NCBI GenBank assembly: GCA_043808785.1
Contig: JAZDEL010000001.1
Location: 180,001-212,000, forward strand
Source: Candidatus Iainarchaeum sp.
Lineage (GTDB): Archaea; Iainarchaeota; Iainarchaeia; Iainarchaeales; JAZDEL01
Length of the DNA: 32,000 bases
Direction: 5' to 3'
Shown here: piece by piece, positions 31,353 to 32,000 of the stretch
How positions within the stretch are numbered: the stretch's first letter is position 1
Layout: the number at the start of each line of letters is the position of its first letter
Translations under genes and position numbers: made by a program
Notes under the pieces: model-generated
What the model saw: only the letters and a program-made list of their open reading frames with translations
Database searches by the model: none
What the model was told of the DNA's origin: nothing

Positions 31353-31606
31353 TCTTTCACCCCGTATTTCCAAACCCGTGTCGTGCGGTAGGCGCTTATT
31401 ACAACAAAGTCCGAGTTCTCGACCACATATATCACCCTTACCAGGAATTTAAACCTGCCGATTGTGAAAATTTTCTGCGCAATTTTGCGGTTCTTTTTCG
31501 AGTCCAGAATTTGCTCGGGGGCAAGGAGAGTTTGCTCTATAATTTCCCTATCCAGCCCCCGCTCCCTTATCTGCTCTTCCGCGTGAAGTTCGTACCTTAT
31601 TCCCAA
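31349..31606 (-). CDS. DUF4258-family protein (putative toxin-like partner)
   Basis: 85 aa with a TTG start at 31606, preceded by GGTGAT. IRYELHAEEQIRERGLDREIIEQTLL...FLVRVIYVVENSDFVVISAYRT fits DUF4258. Confidence 0.7.
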   Translation of the reverse strand: MGIRYELHAEEQIRERGLDREIIEQTLLAPEQILDSKKNRKIAQKIFTIGRFKFLVRVIYVVENSDFVVISAYRTTRVWKYGVKE

Positions 31607-31654
31607 TTAATCACCGATGCCGCTTTTGGCAGAGGCGGCACCGGCAGAGGCTAT

Positions 31655-31978
31655 TTATAATCTAAATTTGCGGTCCACTTCGTTAATCAGCACGTCACAA
31701 GCAGCCTTCACAGCCTCCAATTGCTTTATGATGCGCTCCTTCTCCTTCTCGATGTCCTGCATGTTTTCGTAAGGTTCAATCGCCTCGCGGAACATTGAAC
31801 CATCGACATATGTGTACTGGTGCGTGTCCATTTTCTTCGCAATACGCTCAACAACCTTCCCAAGCCAGATGTTCATCTCGTTCTTTACCTGCCCCTTAAT
31901 CTGCTTCCCCGAAGAGAGGTGCTTCCTGAGCATGTTCACGATTGTCGCGCGCGGGAATGGCAGCCTGCTTTCGTCCAT
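31655..31978 (-). CDS. histone-fold protein with a C-terminal coiled-coil extension
   Basis: 107 aa from the ATG at 31978. The frame stays open to the window edge (upstream ...EGEGEEE), so the N-terminus may be longer. LPFPRATIVNMLRKHL...IKGQVKNEMNIWLGKVVERIAKKM...VDGSMFREAI follows the helix-loop-helix-loop-helix layout of archaeal histones and NF-Y proteins. The tail is DIEKEKERIIKQLEAVKAACDVLINEV. Confidence 0.5.
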   Translation of the reverse strand: MDESRLPFPRATIVNMLRKHLSSGKQIKGQVKNEMNIWLGKVVERIAKKMDTHQYTYVDGSMFREAIEPYENMQDIEKEKERIIKQLEAVKAACDVLINEVDRKFRL

Positions 31979-32000
31979 TTCCTCTTCCCCTTCGCCCTCT

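Noticed and set aside
1-32000. Search for integrase, transposase, IS termini, rRNA, cas genes and prophage structural genes
   Set aside because: No ORF shows recombinase (R..HxxR..Y), DDE or HUH signatures, and no rRNA-like sequence is present. The cassette-like insertions (Fic, the thermosome 3' insert, the relic 5' ends) therefore lack an identifiable mobilising enzyme within this window.

Overview
Archaeal chromosomal fragment. The core genes recognisable by motif are Sec61beta/SecG, deoxyhypusine synthase, an archaeal-type isoleucyl-tRNA synthetase with a tRNA-Ile(UAU) 19 nt upstream, a single-OB SSB, a thermosome and a histone-fold protein. Start sites show either GGAGGTG-like Shine-Dalgarno boxes or TTTAAA-type TATA boxes about 25 nt upstream of apparently leaderless ATGs. 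The many small N-terminally anchored proteins and the UAU isoleucine tRNA suggest a DPANN-like or similarly reduced archaeon (inference). Nearly all genes from 1 to 25.1 kb are on the minus strand, and the strand switches at about 25.1 kb. Housekeeping genes are interleaved with four accessory blocks. (i) 2.3-8.1 kb holds a RelE toxin with a Zn-ribbon insert paired with a Panacea/SocA-like antitoxin, a JAB-like protein, unknown 357-aa and basic 137-aa proteins, a SAM methyltransferase, a clan-CD-like putative protease with two small tandem paralogs, and relic copies of gene 5' ends. (ii) 17.8-23.7 kb holds an AT-rich orphan gene and a glycosyltransferase/methyltransferase operon carrying two Fic genes (one with a degenerate active site), a relic GT4 3' end and an operator-like repeat array. 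(iii) 23.7-28.7 kb holds a very basic repeat protein divergent from a 3-gene operon for N-terminally anchored, sequon-rich surface proteins. (iv) 28.7-31.6 kb holds an HTH-nucleotidyltransferase/HEPN/atypical-kinase triad and a DUF4258/DUF2283 pair. I saw no rRNA, CRISPR array, integrase or transposase. All functional calls rest on motif recognition by eye and none was verified by a database search.
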